Source of the DNA: Candidatus Rokubacteria bacterium 13_1_40CM_68_15
GTDB lineage: Bacteria; Methylomirabilota; Methylomirabilia; Rokubacteriales; CSP1-6
Direction: 5' to 3'
Length of the DNA: 64,000 bases
NCBI GenBank assembly: GCA_001917585.1
Contig: MNEG01000028.1
Span: 4,505 to 68,504, forward strand
Part shown: in pieces, positions 1-9,188 of the stretch
Position numbering within the stretch: the stretch's first letter is position 1
Layout: every line of letters starts with the position of its first letter
The notes under the pieces: model-generated
The model's database searches: none
What the model was told of the DNA's origin: nothing
What the model saw: only the letters and a program-made list of their open reading frames with translations
Program-made: the position numbers and the translations under genes

Positions 1-431
1 TCCATGCAGAAGTTGAAGAAGACGAAATCGGGCCAGGTGTCGATCGGGTAGTAGAAGATGTTGACGCGCTTGTCGCTGGTGATGCGCTGGGTGCCGATGT
101 CGGCGTCGGGCTCGATGCGCATCGTGAAGATCTGGTCGTGGACGGCCACGTGGCGGTCGACGTCGACTCCCAGATCGGCCAGCAGGCCGTACATCACGGC
201 GGCGTGGCGCAGCTCGTCCTTGACGATCTGGGCGACGACGTGTTTCTCCTCCACGCCGGGCGCCTTCATGATCCACGGCACGTACCCGTACCCACCGGCC
301 AGCTCGGAATCGGCCTGCATCGTCATGAGATGGACGAGGTTGTCGCGGTACTCCGGCGTCATCTCGCCCGCCGACTCCAGCCGCTCTCCGGTGGTGATCT
401 TGCTCATCATCGTCTGTTCGAGGCTGCTCAT
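1..431 (-). CDS. Phenylacetyl-CoA oxygenase PaaA/PaaC-like ferritin-like diiron subunit; N-terminal ~143 aa, 3' end cut by window edge
   Basis: Reverse-strand translation MSSLEQTMMSKITTGERLESAGEMTPEYRDNLVHLMTMQADSELAGGYGYVPWIMKAPGVEEKHVVAQIVKDELRHAAVMYGLLADLGVDVD...NIFYYPIDTWPDF. The E..RH diiron motif and NYP..TW stretch resemble PaaA. A GGAGGA ribosome-binding site sits 7 nt upstream of the ATG. It lies directly downstream of paaK. Confidence 0.55.
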   Translation of the reverse strand, partial: MSSLEQTMMSKITTGERLESAGEMTPEYRDNLVHLMTMQADSELAGGYGYVPWIMKAPGVEEKHVVAQIVKDELRHAAVMYGLLADLGVDVDRHVAVHDQIFTMRIEPDADIGTQRITSDKRVNIFYYPIDTWPDFVFFNFCM

Positions 432-444
432 CGCTCGTCCTCCG

Positions 445-1740
445 TCACGTTCGTTCCACCACGCGAACGGCCTTGCCCTCCGAGCGCGGGATCGTCCGCG
501 GCGAGACCAGCGTCACCTCGACGCTCAGTCCCAGCGCCGCCTTGAGCCGCGCGGCCACCTCGCTGCGCAGCTTGCCGACCGCCGGGTGATCCGGCGCCAC
601 GCTGGCGCACCGCTCCAGGAACGCCGCCGCCGGCTCGACCTGGATCTCAACACGGGCCAGGGCGGCCGTCCGGTCGACCACCAGCAGGTACTGCGGCACC
701 AGGTCGGCCACCCCCAGCAGGGCGCCCTCGACCTCCGAGGGATACACGTTCACTCCCTTGATGATAAGCATATCGTCGGCCCGGCCGACCAGGCGGGCCA
801 TGCGCGCCGACGTTCGCCCGCAGCGGCACGGCGTCGTCGTGAGCGTGGTGACGTCGCCGGTGCGGTAACGGATGAGCGGCATGGCGCGCTTGGTCAGTGT
901 GGTCAACACGAGCTCGCCTTGCTGGCCCGCGCCGAGCGGCTCGCCGCTCCGAGGGTCGATGATCTCGGGCAGGAAGTGGTCGTCGGCAATGTGCAGGCCC
1001 TCGCGCGCCTCGCACTCACCGGAGACGCCGGGACCGATGATCTCGCTGAGGCCGTAGATGTCGTAGGCCGGACAGCCGAGCCCGGCCTCGAGCGCGCGCC
1101 GCACGCCGTCCGTCCACGGCTCGGCGCCGAACATCCCGTAGCGCAGCCCGAGCTGCTCGGGCTTGCTCCCCTGCTCGGCCAGTATCTCGGCGATGTGGAG
1201 CGCGAAGGACGGCGTAGCGCACAGCGCCGCCGGCTTGAAGTCGCGCAGGAGCAAGCACTGGCGGGCGGTGTTTCCCGAGGAGGCCGGCACCACGGTCATG
1301 CCGATCAGCTCGGCGGCCTGATGGAAGCCGAGGCCGCCGGTGAAGAGGCCATAGCCGAAGGCGTTCTGAAGCAGGTCGCCACGGCGGCCCCCGGCGGCCA
1401 CGATCGTCCGCGCCATGACTTCGCGCCAGGTGTCCATGTCGCTGGCCGTGTAGCCGACCACCGTCGGCTTGCCCTTCGTGCCCGACGACGCGTGGATGCG
1501 GACGATCTCTTCGCGCGGCACCGCGAACAGTCCGAAGGGATAGTGCTCGCGCAGGTCACTCTTCAGCGTGAACGGTAAGCGGGCGAGGTCGTCGAGTCGA
1601 TCGACACGCGCAGCACCCAGACGTTCCCAGTAGAACGGGATCCGTCCGACCGCCCACGCGATGGTCTCCTGCAGCCGCGTGAGCTGCAACGCGGCCCGAT
1701 CGGTCGGCGACTGAGCCTCGGCACGAGGATTCCAGATCAT
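445..1740 (-). CDS. paaK: Phenylacetate-CoA ligase (adenylate-forming, PaaK family)
   Basis: 431-aa ORF with the AMP-binding architecture and PaaK-like motifs (SSGTKGKPTVVGYT, YGLSE, GELVLTTL, IKGVNVYPSEVE). Confidence 0.8.
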   Translation of the reverse strand: MIWNPRAEAQSPTDRAALQLTRLQETIAWAVGRIPFYWERLGAARVDRLDDLARLPFTLKSDLREHYPFGLFAVPREEIVRIHASSGTKGKPTVVGYTASDMDTWREVMARTIVAAGGRRGDLLQNAFGYGLFTGGLGFHQAAELIGMTVVPASSGNTARQCLLLRDFKPAALCATPSFALHIAEILAEQGSKPEQLGLRYGMFGAEPWTDGVRRALEAGLGCPAYDIYGLSEIIGPGVSGECEAREGLHIADDHFLPEIIDPRSGEPLGAGQQGELVLTTLTKRAMPLIRYRTGDVTTLTTTPCRCGRTSARMARLVGRADDMLIIKGVNVYPSEVEGALLGVADLVPQYLLVVDRTAALARVEIQVEPAAAFLERCASVAPDHPAVGKLRSEVAARLKAALGLSVEVTLVSPRTIPRSEGKAVRVVERT

Positions 1741-2055
1741 CGGTCAGGCGGTCAGGACCGCCGCGGCGGCTCCGGGAACTGCTGGTCGACGACGCGATGC
1801 TGAAGCAGCCCGACGGCCTCGCGCTGGATGATGAGGATCAGGCGCTCGCGGGCCGCCCGCTCGCGCGCGTGCTCGTAGTCGGCAAGGCGCTCGCGGCGCT
1901 CCTCGGCCCCGCGCTGGCGGCGTCCAGACGGGCGAGCGCGGCGTGGGCGACACGGAGCGCCTCCTCGAGGCGTTCACCGGCCCGGCCCAGGGTGGCGGCC
2001 TTCTCGGCCGCGATCTCGGCCTCGGTGCGGCGCAGGCTCTCGCCGGTCCGGCGGC

Positions 2056-2322
2056 TCACTCGAAATCGACGGACTTCACCAGCCACTGCTGGCGCTGGAG
2101 GAACTGGGCCAGCGTGTCGACGACGCGGGCATCGACCACGCTTTCGAGACTGATGATGTCGGGCAGGATGTGCCGCACCTCCGGATAGCTCACGAGCACG
2201 CGACGGAGCGTCCGCACGCGTGGATCACTCGCGAACAATCCCTGCTCGCTCGCCCACTCGTCGCGCAGGTGGACGAGGATCCGGCGAGGTGGCGGCCCCT
2301 CTGCGCTCCCGTCGACGCTCAC
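2056..2322 (-). CDS. Hypothetical 88-aa protein, probably translationally coupled to the upstream glycosyltransferase
   Basis: Non-repetitive ORF (…ILPDIISLESVVDARVVDTLAQFLQRQQWLVKSVDFE). Its start codon overlaps the GT4 stop. The 1744-2055 stretch behind it is open in all three frames, so the call is weak. Confidence 0.35.
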   Translation of the reverse strand: MSVDGSAEGPPPRRILVHLRDEWASEQGLFASDPRVRTLRRVLVSYPEVRHILPDIISLESVVDARVVDTLAQFLQRQQWLVKSVDFE

Positions 2323-3479
2323 CGCCGGGGCCCCGGCACGCGGGAGCGCGCGAGCTCGTAGACGGCCAGCGTCCGGTCGACCTGAAGCCGCACGTCGAAC
2401 TCGCGCTCGGCCCCCTCGCGCGCTCGCGTGCGCATCACGCGCCGGCGCTCGACGTCGACGAGGAGACCGATCACCGCCTCGGCCAGGCCCCCGGGATCGC
2501 CCTTGGTGAGGACGCCGGTCTCTCCATCGCGCACGACCTCGTCGCAGCCCGGGGCTGACACCGCGACGGCCGGCAGGCCGCAGGCTGCGGCTTCCGCCAG
2601 CACCAGCCCCTGCGTCTCCGTTTCCGAGGCGAAGACGAAGAGATCGGCGGCCTGGTAGCAGGTCGGCAGCGTGTCGTGGGGGCGCACGCCCAGGAACGTC
2701 ACGCGCTCGCTCACGGCCGATCGAGCCGCGCGGCGTCGGAGCTCGCCCTCCTGGGTGCCGGTGCCGACCAGCACCAGCCGCGCCCGGGGCACCGTGCCGG
2801 CGACGCGCTCGAAGGCCAGGAGGATCAGGTCAACGCTCTTCTCGCGATCGAGCCGGCCCACGTAGAGCACGATCACGTCGCGCGGGTCGAGGCCCAGCTG
2901 CCGGCGCGCGGCCCCGCCGTCGCCGGGACAGAAACGCGTGAGATCCACGCCGGTGGGCACGACCGCGATGGGCGTGCGGACTCCGCGAGCGACCAGCTCA
3001 TCACGGATCACGCGCGATGGCGCGATGACGGCGTCGGCGCCGGACGCGAAGCGGGTGCTGAGTCGCACCGCCACGTCTTCGACCAGGCTGCGCCGGAACG
3101 GGACGTAATGCGCGTACTTGTCGTAGCGCGTGTGGTACGTGAAGACGAGCGGGCGGCGCTGCTGGCGCGCGAGGCGCCGTGCCGCCGGACCGAGCAGGAA
3201 CGGATGGTGACTGTGGAAGACCTCCACGTCGAGTCGGCGCACGCGCCGGGTGACGCGGGGCGCGAACGGCACGGCGAGGACGAACTCGGGATAGGTGGCG
3301 GCCGGGATCGACGGATACCGGATGACGCGGGGTCCATCGGCGGCGTCGGCGCGGAAACGAGGCGCCAGGACCCAGGCCTCGTGACCTCGGGCTTCGAGGC
3401 CCCGGCGCAGGGTCTCGACCGAGGTCGTAACGCCCCCGCAGAATGGCAGGTAGTTGTTGGTAAACAGCGCGACGCGCAC
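2319..3479 (-). CDS. Glycosyltransferase family 4 (GT-B, group 1)
   Basis: 386 aa. N-terminal MRVALFTNNYLPFCGGV… and a C-terminal GT1 domain (EGFGLVLAEAAACGLPAVA-like). Confidence 0.8.
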   Translation of the reverse strand: MRVALFTNNYLPFCGGVTTSVETLRRGLEARGHEAWVLAPRFRADAADGPRVIRYPSIPAATYPEFVLAVPFAPRVTRRVRRLDVEVFHSHHPFLLGPAARRLARQQRRPLVFTYHTRYDKYAHYVPFRRSLVEDVAVRLSTRFASGADAVIAPSRVIRDELVARGVRTPIAVVPTGVDLTRFCPGDGGAARRQLGLDPRDVIVLYVGRLDREKSVDLILLAFERVAGTVPRARLVLVGTGTQEGELRRRAARSAVSERVTFLGVRPHDTLPTCYQAADLFVFASETETQGLVLAEAAACGLPAVAVSAPGCDEVVRDGETGVLTKGDPGGLAEAVIGLLVDVERRRVMRTRAREGAEREFDVRLQVDRTLAVYELARSRVPGPRR

Positions 3480-3495
3480 CGTCCGCGGTCCGCCG

Positions 3496-4005
3496 TCAGG
3501 CCTTGTTGAACTTCTCGAAGTCCTCCGGCTTGATGCTGCCGAGCCACTCGCGCACGCGTTCGGGATCGTCGGCCTTGAGCGTGTCGGCCTCCTTCGGGGT
3601 GGCCACGTCGAGGGTCTTCGCCTTGCGCACCACTTCCTCGTCGACGTAGATCGGGGCGCCCACGCGGAGGGCGAGCGCGATGGCGTCGGAGGGCCGGGAG
3701 TCGACCTGGTACTCGGCGCCCGCGACCTGAAGGTGGAGGACGGCGAAGAAGGTGTTCTCCTTGAGGTCGGTCACGGCCACCTTGACGACGCGCGCCTCGA
3801 TGGCCTCCAGGATGTTCTTGATGAGATCGTGCGTCATCGGCCGCGGCGTCGAGATCTTCTCCAGCTCGAGCGCGATGGCGTTGGCCTCGAAGATGCCGAC
3901 CCAGATGGGCAGCGACCGCTTGTCCTCTTCGTCGCGCAGGATGATGATCGGCATGTTGGAGAGCGGATCCAGCGCCAGCCCGCGGACCTTCATCTCGACA
4001 AACAT
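3496..4005 (-). CDS. Bifunctional nuclease family protein (BFN/DUF151)
   Basis: 169-aa ORF: …MPIIILRDEEDKRSLPIWVGIFEANAIALELE…RPMTHDL…, typical of BFN-domain proteins. Overlaps miaB by 16 nt. Confidence 0.7.
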   Translation of the reverse strand: MFVEMKVRGLALDPLSNMPIIILRDEEDKRSLPIWVGIFEANAIALELEKISTPRPMTHDLIKNILEAIEARVVKVAVTDLKENTFFAVLHLQVAGAEYQVDSRPSDAIALALRVGAPIYVDEEVVRKAKTLDVATPKEADTLKADDPERVREWLGSIKPEDFEKFNKA

Positions 4006-5330
4006 ACGGCCTCCTCGACACGCGCAGCGAGGGTCCCCCGCAGGCTGTGCGGCAGCACGTCGGTGATGCGGATGGCGACGATGTCGCCGATGGCCACACG
4101 GGCATCGGCCTCGAAATTAACGACGCGGTTGCAGCGGGTGCGGCCGGCCAGCTCGTCGGCGTTCTTCTTGGCCCGGCCGTCGACCAGAACCTCCACCGTC
4201 TGCCCGGCGAGCTGGGCGCTCCGGATAGCGGCGGCCCGGCCGGCGACGGCCAGCAGCCGGCTGTTGCGCTCCGCTTTCACGGTCAGCGGCACCTGATCGG
4301 GCATGGTGGCGGCCGGCGTGCCTGGGCGCGGTGAGTACCGGAATACGAACACGTTGTCGTAGGCGACGCGCTCGACCGTCTCAAGCGTCGCGTCGAAGTC
4401 GGCGTCGGTCTCCCCGGGGAAGCCCACGATGAGATCGGTGGACACCGCCACGTCGGGCACGGCGTCGCGCAGCTCGGCGATGAGGTCGAGGTAGCGCTCG
4501 CGCGTGTAGCCGCGGTTCATCCGCGCCAGCACCCGGTTGGAGCCCGACTGCAACGGCAGGTGGACGTACTCGCATACTTTGGGCAGGTCGCGGATCGCGG
4601 CGATGAGTCGCGACGTGAAGTTGAAAGGATTCGAGGTCGTGAAGCGAATGCGGGCGATCCCGTCCACGTCGTTCACGGCGTGGAGGAGCGCGGCGAGGTC
4701 GGTGGGCGGTTGGAGGTCCCGGCCGTACATCTCGACGGTCTGGCCGAGCAGGGTCACCTCGCGGCAGCCCTCGGCAGCCAGCCGCTCGATCTCGTCGAGC
4801 ACCGCCGCGGGTGTGTGGCTCCGCTGCCGGCCGCGCGTCACCGGGACGACGCAGAAGGTGCAGTGCTTCTCACAGCCCTCCATCACCGTCGCGAAGGACT
4901 TCAGGCGGGACGCGCCGTCGGGCTTGGCGGTGATCTTCACCAGCGGCGCCTCGCCCGTCTCCAGCACCGGCCGCGCGCGGCGCGCGCGCTCGACCAGCTC
5001 CCCCACCCGCGCGATGGCCGGCGAGCCGAACACGAGGTCGACGACCGGGGCCCGCTTGAGGATCTCGTCCTTGTGAAGCTGCGCCATGCACCCCATCACG
5101 CCCACCATGAGGTGCGGACGTGTGCGCTTCAGGGCGCGCAGCTCACCGAGCTTCGAGAACACCTTGTCCTCGGCCTTCTCCCGGATCGCGCAGGTGTTGA
5201 GGAGGATGACGTCAGCATCGTGCTCGCTGTCGGTGAGCTCGTACTGCTCCGCCTTGAGCAGACCCGCGACGCGCTCGGAGTCGTACTCGTTCATCTGACA
5301 GCCATAGGTGATCAGGTGGAGCTTTGCCAT
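3990..5330 (-). CDS. miaB: tRNA-2-methylthio-N6-dimethylallyladenosine synthase (radical SAM methylthiotransferase)
   Basis: MAKLHLITYGCQMNEYDSERVAGLL…CEKHCTFCVVP…, with a TRAM domain at the C-terminus. Start placed at MAKLHL (ORF-track aa 13). Confidence 0.9.
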   Translation of the reverse strand: MAKLHLITYGCQMNEYDSERVAGLLKAEQYELTDSEHDADVILLNTCAIREKAEDKVFSKLGELRALKRTRPHLMVGVMGCMAQLHKDEILKRAPVVDLVFGSPAIARVGELVERARRARPVLETGEAPLVKITAKPDGASRLKSFATVMEGCEKHCTFCVVPVTRGRQRSHTPAAVLDEIERLAAEGCREVTLLGQTVEMYGRDLQPPTDLAALLHAVNDVDGIARIRFTTSNPFNFTSRLIAAIRDLPKVCEYVHLPLQSGSNRVLARMNRGYTRERYLDLIAELRDAVPDVAVSTDLIVGFPGETDADFDATLETVERVAYDNVFVFRYSPRPGTPAATMPDQVPLTVKAERNSRLLAVAGRAAAIRSAQLAGQTVEVLVDGRAKKNADELAGRTRCNRVVNFEADARVAIGDIVAIRITDVLPHSLRGTLAARVEEAVCLSR

Positions 5331-5440
5331 GAGTATTGGGCTCGATGTTGACTTCGACCGTAGCACCCACCCCCTGGCAAGTCAAACCATGACGCGGAGT
5401 TTCAGCGCACGGAATGCGCGGCGCACGAGCACCGTCCGCT

Positions 5441-5477
5441 GACTCATAAAACAACGGAGGGGTCTTTCGACCCCTCC
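5441..5477 (-). terminator. Probable intrinsic terminator of the fbp transcript
   Basis: Perfect 9-bp stem GGAGGGGTC/GACCCCTCC with a TTTC loop at 5456-5477. On the minus strand it is followed by GTTGTTTTAT. Confidence 0.6.
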
Positions 5478-5514
5478 GCTTGGTGAGCGCCCGACCGGTC
5501 TCGGTCAGGTCAGA

Positions 5515-7017
5515 TCAATCGATCTCGTCCGGCCGGCCGGCGCCGCGGCCAGCGTTCGCCGTGCGACCGCCATGGTGACCGTTGCCGTTGCCGAACGTCA
5601 GCGGTGGCGCGACCCGGAACTGACGCTCGAGGCGCGCACGCCGCTCTTTCCAGCCTTCCTGGTACTCCAGCTCGTCCTCGTGCAGCGTCGCCGGCTGCTT
5701 GACGCCGTGAGCGAGCCTGAACTGGATGGCCAGCTCGCCAGCCTGCTTGCGAACCTGATCCCACGGCGTGCCGAGCGCGAACTGATCGGAGATGGCGCCG
5801 ATGCGGCCCGTATGGATGTTGCACGACAGCGTCACGGCACTGAGGATTGGGCCCGACCAGTACGAGGTCTGCGAGTTGATCGGCATGGGCAGGATGTGGA
5901 GGTTGTGGCTGCCCCGGCAGTCGCCGGCCACCATCGGGCACGACGCCCATGGCGATGTGATCTCGCCCGGCGCCGGCCAGTCCCCCTGGGCGAAGGCGAG
6001 GAGCACCGGATCGTCCTTACCCCCGTAGGTGAAGCCCTTCTTCGTCTTGATGTTGTGCAGCCGCTCGGCCGACACCACGTAGCCGAGCTGATCGGCTTCG
6101 CCCTTCTCGTCACGCGACCAGATACGGGCGATGACGAAGCGGGACGACCGCGTGAGACCTTCGATGTCGTAGAGGTCCTCGGGCGAGCGAAGGCGGATCA
6201 CCTTCTCTTGAAGTCCCTTGGCGAGCTCTTCCATCTTGCCGTCGAGGGCCTTCTGATCACGTGGATGGGCGCCCGCCTCGATGGCCTGAGCCTTGGTGTC
6301 GAGGTCGACGATGTCCATGATGTAGCCGCGCTTCATCTTCGAGGCGGCGATGATCAGTCCGGTGTTGAAGCGGGGCAGCATGTAGGCCCCGGTGGCGTAG
6401 TAGTTGAACGCCATCGGCTCGGTCTTGTCGGCGAACGACGCCAGCACCGTCTGCGAGGCATTGTCCTGCCGCACCGGGAACGGCAAGGCCACGGTGGCCG
6501 GGCCCGCTCCGCGTAGATTGCCGGTGAACGCGTCGGCCACCAGGTCCTGGCCGGGGCCGTAGAGTCCGAGCTCGGCCGCCTTGCCGGCGCCTTCCTGGAG
6601 GGCGTCCCACATGAGCTCGTCCACCACGCTCATCGGAATCGCCTCGGACATAATGCCGGTGACGCCGACATCATCGCCCGTGTGGGTGACGATGAACGAG
6701 GTGAACATCGGCTCGCCCCGGTAGCCGTTGTTGTCGAGAACGAACTTGGCGATGATCGACTTCACTTCTTCGGCCGCGACGACATGGCCGCCGACCCCGC
6801 CCACATCGGCCTTGGTGGCCTTGATGTAACGCTGGACGAGCGCGGGGTTCTTGGCGAAGACGTACGCCTTGTAAGAGAAGATGTTGGGTGTGTTGGTGAC
6901 GGGGATCTTCTCTGCCACCGTCTGGGGAAGCCCGGCCAGCTCGTCCTTCGATTGGTGGTAATCCGCGAGCCCGGACCGGGATTTCCCGTCAACGGGGCCG
7001 TAGCGCTTGGCTGCCAT
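5515..7017 (-). CDS. fbp: Fructose-1,6-bisphosphate aldolase/phosphatase (class V, archaeal-type bifunctional Fbp) with N- and C-terminal extensions
   Basis: Internal region aligns with canonical FBP aldolase/phosphatases: YIKATKADVGG, GDDVGV, LGLYGPGQDLVADAFTGNLRGAGP, DKTEPMAFN, GGKDDPVLL, RGSHNLHILPMP. The ATG at 7017 has an AAGGGAGG ribosome-binding site 5 nt upstream, so the ~60-aa N-terminal extension looks real. Confidence 0.8.
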   Translation of the reverse strand: MAAKRYGPVDGKSRSGLADYHQSKDELAGLPQTVAEKIPVTNTPNIFSYKAYVFAKNPALVQRYIKATKADVGGVGGHVVAAEEVKSIIAKFVLDNNGYRGEPMFTSFIVTHTGDDVGVTGIMSEAIPMSVVDELMWDALQEGAGKAAELGLYGPGQDLVADAFTGNLRGAGPATVALPFPVRQDNASQTVLASFADKTEPMAFNYYATGAYMLPRFNTGLIIAASKMKRGYIMDIVDLDTKAQAIEAGAHPRDQKALDGKMEELAKGLQEKVIRLRSPEDLYDIEGLTRSSRFVIARIWSRDEKGEADQLGYVVSAERLHNIKTKKGFTYGGKDDPVLLAFAQGDWPAPGEITSPWASCPMVAGDCRGSHNLHILPMPINSQTSYWSGPILSAVTLSCNIHTGRIGAISDQFALGTPWDQVRKQAGELAIQFRLAHGVKQPATLHEDELEYQEGWKERRARLERQFRVAPPLTFGNGNGHHGGRTANAGRGAGRPDEID

Positions 7018-7113
7018 GCAAGCCTCCCTTCGCCTCGTCGGCGGCTGTAAAAAAATCCGACAGTGCGAGTCTAACGGCGTACACTGGGGCCGTCAAGCAA
7101 GATATTTACGGCG

Positions 7114-8106
7114 ATGAAATTACTTTCTGAACGTCACGGCGGCGAGCTCCGGCTCATGGTGCAGTGCCTGGAGCTCTATTACCGGCAGGGCCGCAGCCAG
7201 AAGGACATCGCGGCCGCGCTCGGCGTGTCGGCGGCCACCGTGTCGCGTCTCCTCAAGCGGGCCATGGACGAGGGGCTGGTTCGTGTGGAGCTGGCCCTGC
7301 CGCGGACGCCGGAGCTGGAAACCGCGCTGGCCGAGCGCTTCGGGCTGCGCGATGCGGTGGTGGTGGGCGCGGGCGGACGAGCCGACATCAGAGAAGAGCT
7401 CGGCATGGCCGCGGCCGCCTACCTCGAAAAGATCGCCAACAACGGCCGACGCATCGGCATCTCCTGCGGCTTCACGCTCTACCAGACGATCCGCGCCCTC
7501 CACGAGCGGCGTTTCCGTGACCTCGCGCTCTATCCGCTGTCGGGCGAGAGCACGCTGAAGCTCGTCGACATCTCGCCCAACACGCTCGTCGGCATGATGG
7601 CGGCCAAGTACCGGCCCCACGTCACCGCGTACGCCCTGCCCGTGCAACACCTCGTCTCGCTGCGCGACATCGAGCGCGAGCGGCGGCGACTGCTGCGCGA
7701 TCCGGAAGTCCGGAAGATCTACGAGGCGGCCCGATCGGTCGACATGGTGCTGGTCGGTATCGGCCAGATCGCCGAGCAGACGCCGGGCTTTTGCTCGCTG
7801 GCCGAAACCTACGGCGTGAGCGTTCGGCGGCTCCGTGAGCTCGGCGTGGTCGGCGAGATCAACTACCAGCCGTTCGACGTCGACGGCAACCTGGTGGACC
7901 ACCCCGAGTTGCGCGTCCTCATGCGCCGCATGCTGGCGGTCGACGGCGACCGCCTGCGCGAGCTGAGCCGACAGGACGACCGGACGGTGATCGCGGTGGC
8001 CGGCGGCAAGGGCAAGATGGATGCGGTGCGCGGCGCCCTGCTCGGCCGCTTCTGCAACGTCCTGGTCACCGACGAGGACATCGCGGCCGCCATCCTCAAG
8101 CGCTAG
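7114..8106 (+). CDS. SorC/DeoR-family sugar-phosphate-binding transcriptional regulator (CggR/central glycolytic genes regulator-like)
   Basis: N-terminal helix-turn-helix (QKDIAAALGVSAATVSRLLKRA) plus a C-terminal SorC sugar-binding domain. Transcribed divergently from fbp across a 96-bp spacer. Confidence 0.75.
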   Translation: MKLLSERHGGELRLMVQCLELYYRQGRSQKDIAAALGVSAATVSRLLKRAMDEGLVRVELALPRTPELETALAERFGLRDAVVVGAGGRADIREELGMAAAAYLEKIANNGRRIGISCGFTLYQTIRALHERRFRDLALYPLSGESTLKLVDISPNTLVGMMAAKYRPHVTAYALPVQHLVSLRDIERERRRLLRDPEVRKIYEAARSVDMVLVGIGQIAEQTPGFCSLAETYGVSVRRLRELGVVGEINYQPFDVDGNLVDHPELRVLMRRMLAVDGDRLRELSRQDDRTVIAVAGGKGKMDAVRGALLGRFCNVLVTDEDIAAAILKR

Positions 8107-8249
8107 GCCGGAACTCCTCGAAGGCATTCACCGCGCGCCGGCTGTCAGTGTGTCGAGCGCCGGCTTCGCCGGCGCCACGGAGCCTGGGGGAGGTCTCGGA
8201 GGGGGCCGTCGAGGCCCCTTCCGATTTAAGCGCTAGGCCGGAACTCCTC
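8098..8249. repeat. 22-bp direct repeat AAGCGCTAGGCCGGAACTCCTC at 8098-8119 and 8228-8249, flanking a 108-bp spacer that holds two GC hairpins
   Basis: Copy 1 supplies the cggR stop codon; copy 2, read on the minus strand, encodes the last residues (EEFRPSA*) of accA. The spacer carries hairpins at 8157-8175 and 8184-8224. Confidence 0.6.
8184..8224. repeat. GC-rich hairpin element, copy 1 of at least 2 (REP-like or terminator-like)
   Basis: CTGGGGGAGGTCTCGGAGGGGGCCGTCGAGGCCCCTTCCGA is nearly identical to 27846-27885 (TGGGGGAGGTTTCGGAGGGGGCGATCGAAGCCCCCTCCCCA). Both fold as GGAGGGGGC…GCCCCCTCC. Confidence 0.6.
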
Positions 8250-9188
8250 CTCGAATGCTCCGATTCGCCGGAACCGCTCGTAGCGCTCGTTGACGAGCGC
8301 CGCCTCGGTCTTGCCTCGCAGCGCCCGCAGATGGTCGGCCAGCACGGCCTTGAGATTCAGCGCCGTGACGTCCCAGTCGCGGTGGGCGCCGCCGGCCGGC
8401 TCGGGGACGACCTCGTCGATCACGCCGAGCCGCTGCAGATCGGTGGCCGTGATCTTCATGATCTCCGCGGCCTCCGACGCCTTGGCCGCATCGCCCCAGA
8501 GGATCGCCGCGCAGCCTTCCGGTGAGATGACCGAGTACACGGCGTAGCGCAGCATCAGGACGCGGTTCCCCACGCCGATCGCCAGCGCGCCGCCACTGCC
8601 GCCCTCGCCGGTCACCACGGCCACGACCGGCACGCGCAGAGCGGACATCTCTCTGAGGTTGCGGGCGATCGCCTCGGCCTGGCCGCGCTCTTCGGCGGCG
8701 ATGCCAGGATAGGCGCCCGGCGTGTCGATGAAGGTGATGATCGGCTTGCGGAACTTCTCGGCCAGCTGCATCAGGCGCAAGGCTTTCCGGTAGCCTTCGG
8801 GGTGCGGCATCCCGAAGTTCCGAGAGATCTTCTCGCGCGTCTCCCGCCCCTTCTGATGCCCGATGACTACCACGCTCTGGTTCTCGAAGCGGGCGAGGCC
8901 GGCCACGATCGCCGGATCGTCGCCGAAGAGGCGGTCACCGTGAAGCTCGATGAAATCCTCGAACAGCAGCTTGCAGAAGTCGCGCGTGTGCGGCCGCCGG
9001 GGATGGCGCGCGACCTGGGTCGTCTGCCAGGCGGTGAGGCTCGAGAAGACCTTCTGGCGCAGACGCTGGAGCCGCTCTTCGAGCTTGCCGATTTCTTCGC
9101 GCTGGGCGGGGTCGTCGAGCGCCTGCAGCTCGGCGATGCGCGTCTCCAGCTCGAGGAGCGGTTCTTCGAAGTCGAGCGTGTCAGGCAT
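8226..9188 (-). CDS. accA: Acetyl-CoA carboxylase carboxyltransferase subunit alpha
   Basis: 320 aa; [15 protein letters not shown]…[12 protein letters not shown]…; start overlaps the 3' end of dnaE by 8 nt. Confidence 0.9.
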   Translation of the reverse strand: MPDTLDFEEPLLELETRIAELQALDDPAQREEIGKLEERLQRLRQKVFSSLTAWQTTQVARHPRRPHTRDFCKLLFEDFIELHGDRLFGDDPAIVAGLARFENQSVVVIGHQKGRETREKISRNFGMPHPEGYRKALRLMQLAEKFRKPIITFIDTPGAYPGIAAEERGQAEAIARNLREMSALRVPVVAVVTGEGGSGGALAIGVGNRVLMLRYAVYSVISPEGCAAILWGDAAKASEAAEIMKITATDLQRLGVIDEVVPEPAGGAHRDWDVTALNLKAVLADHLRALRGKTEAALVNERYERFRRIGAFEEEFRPSA

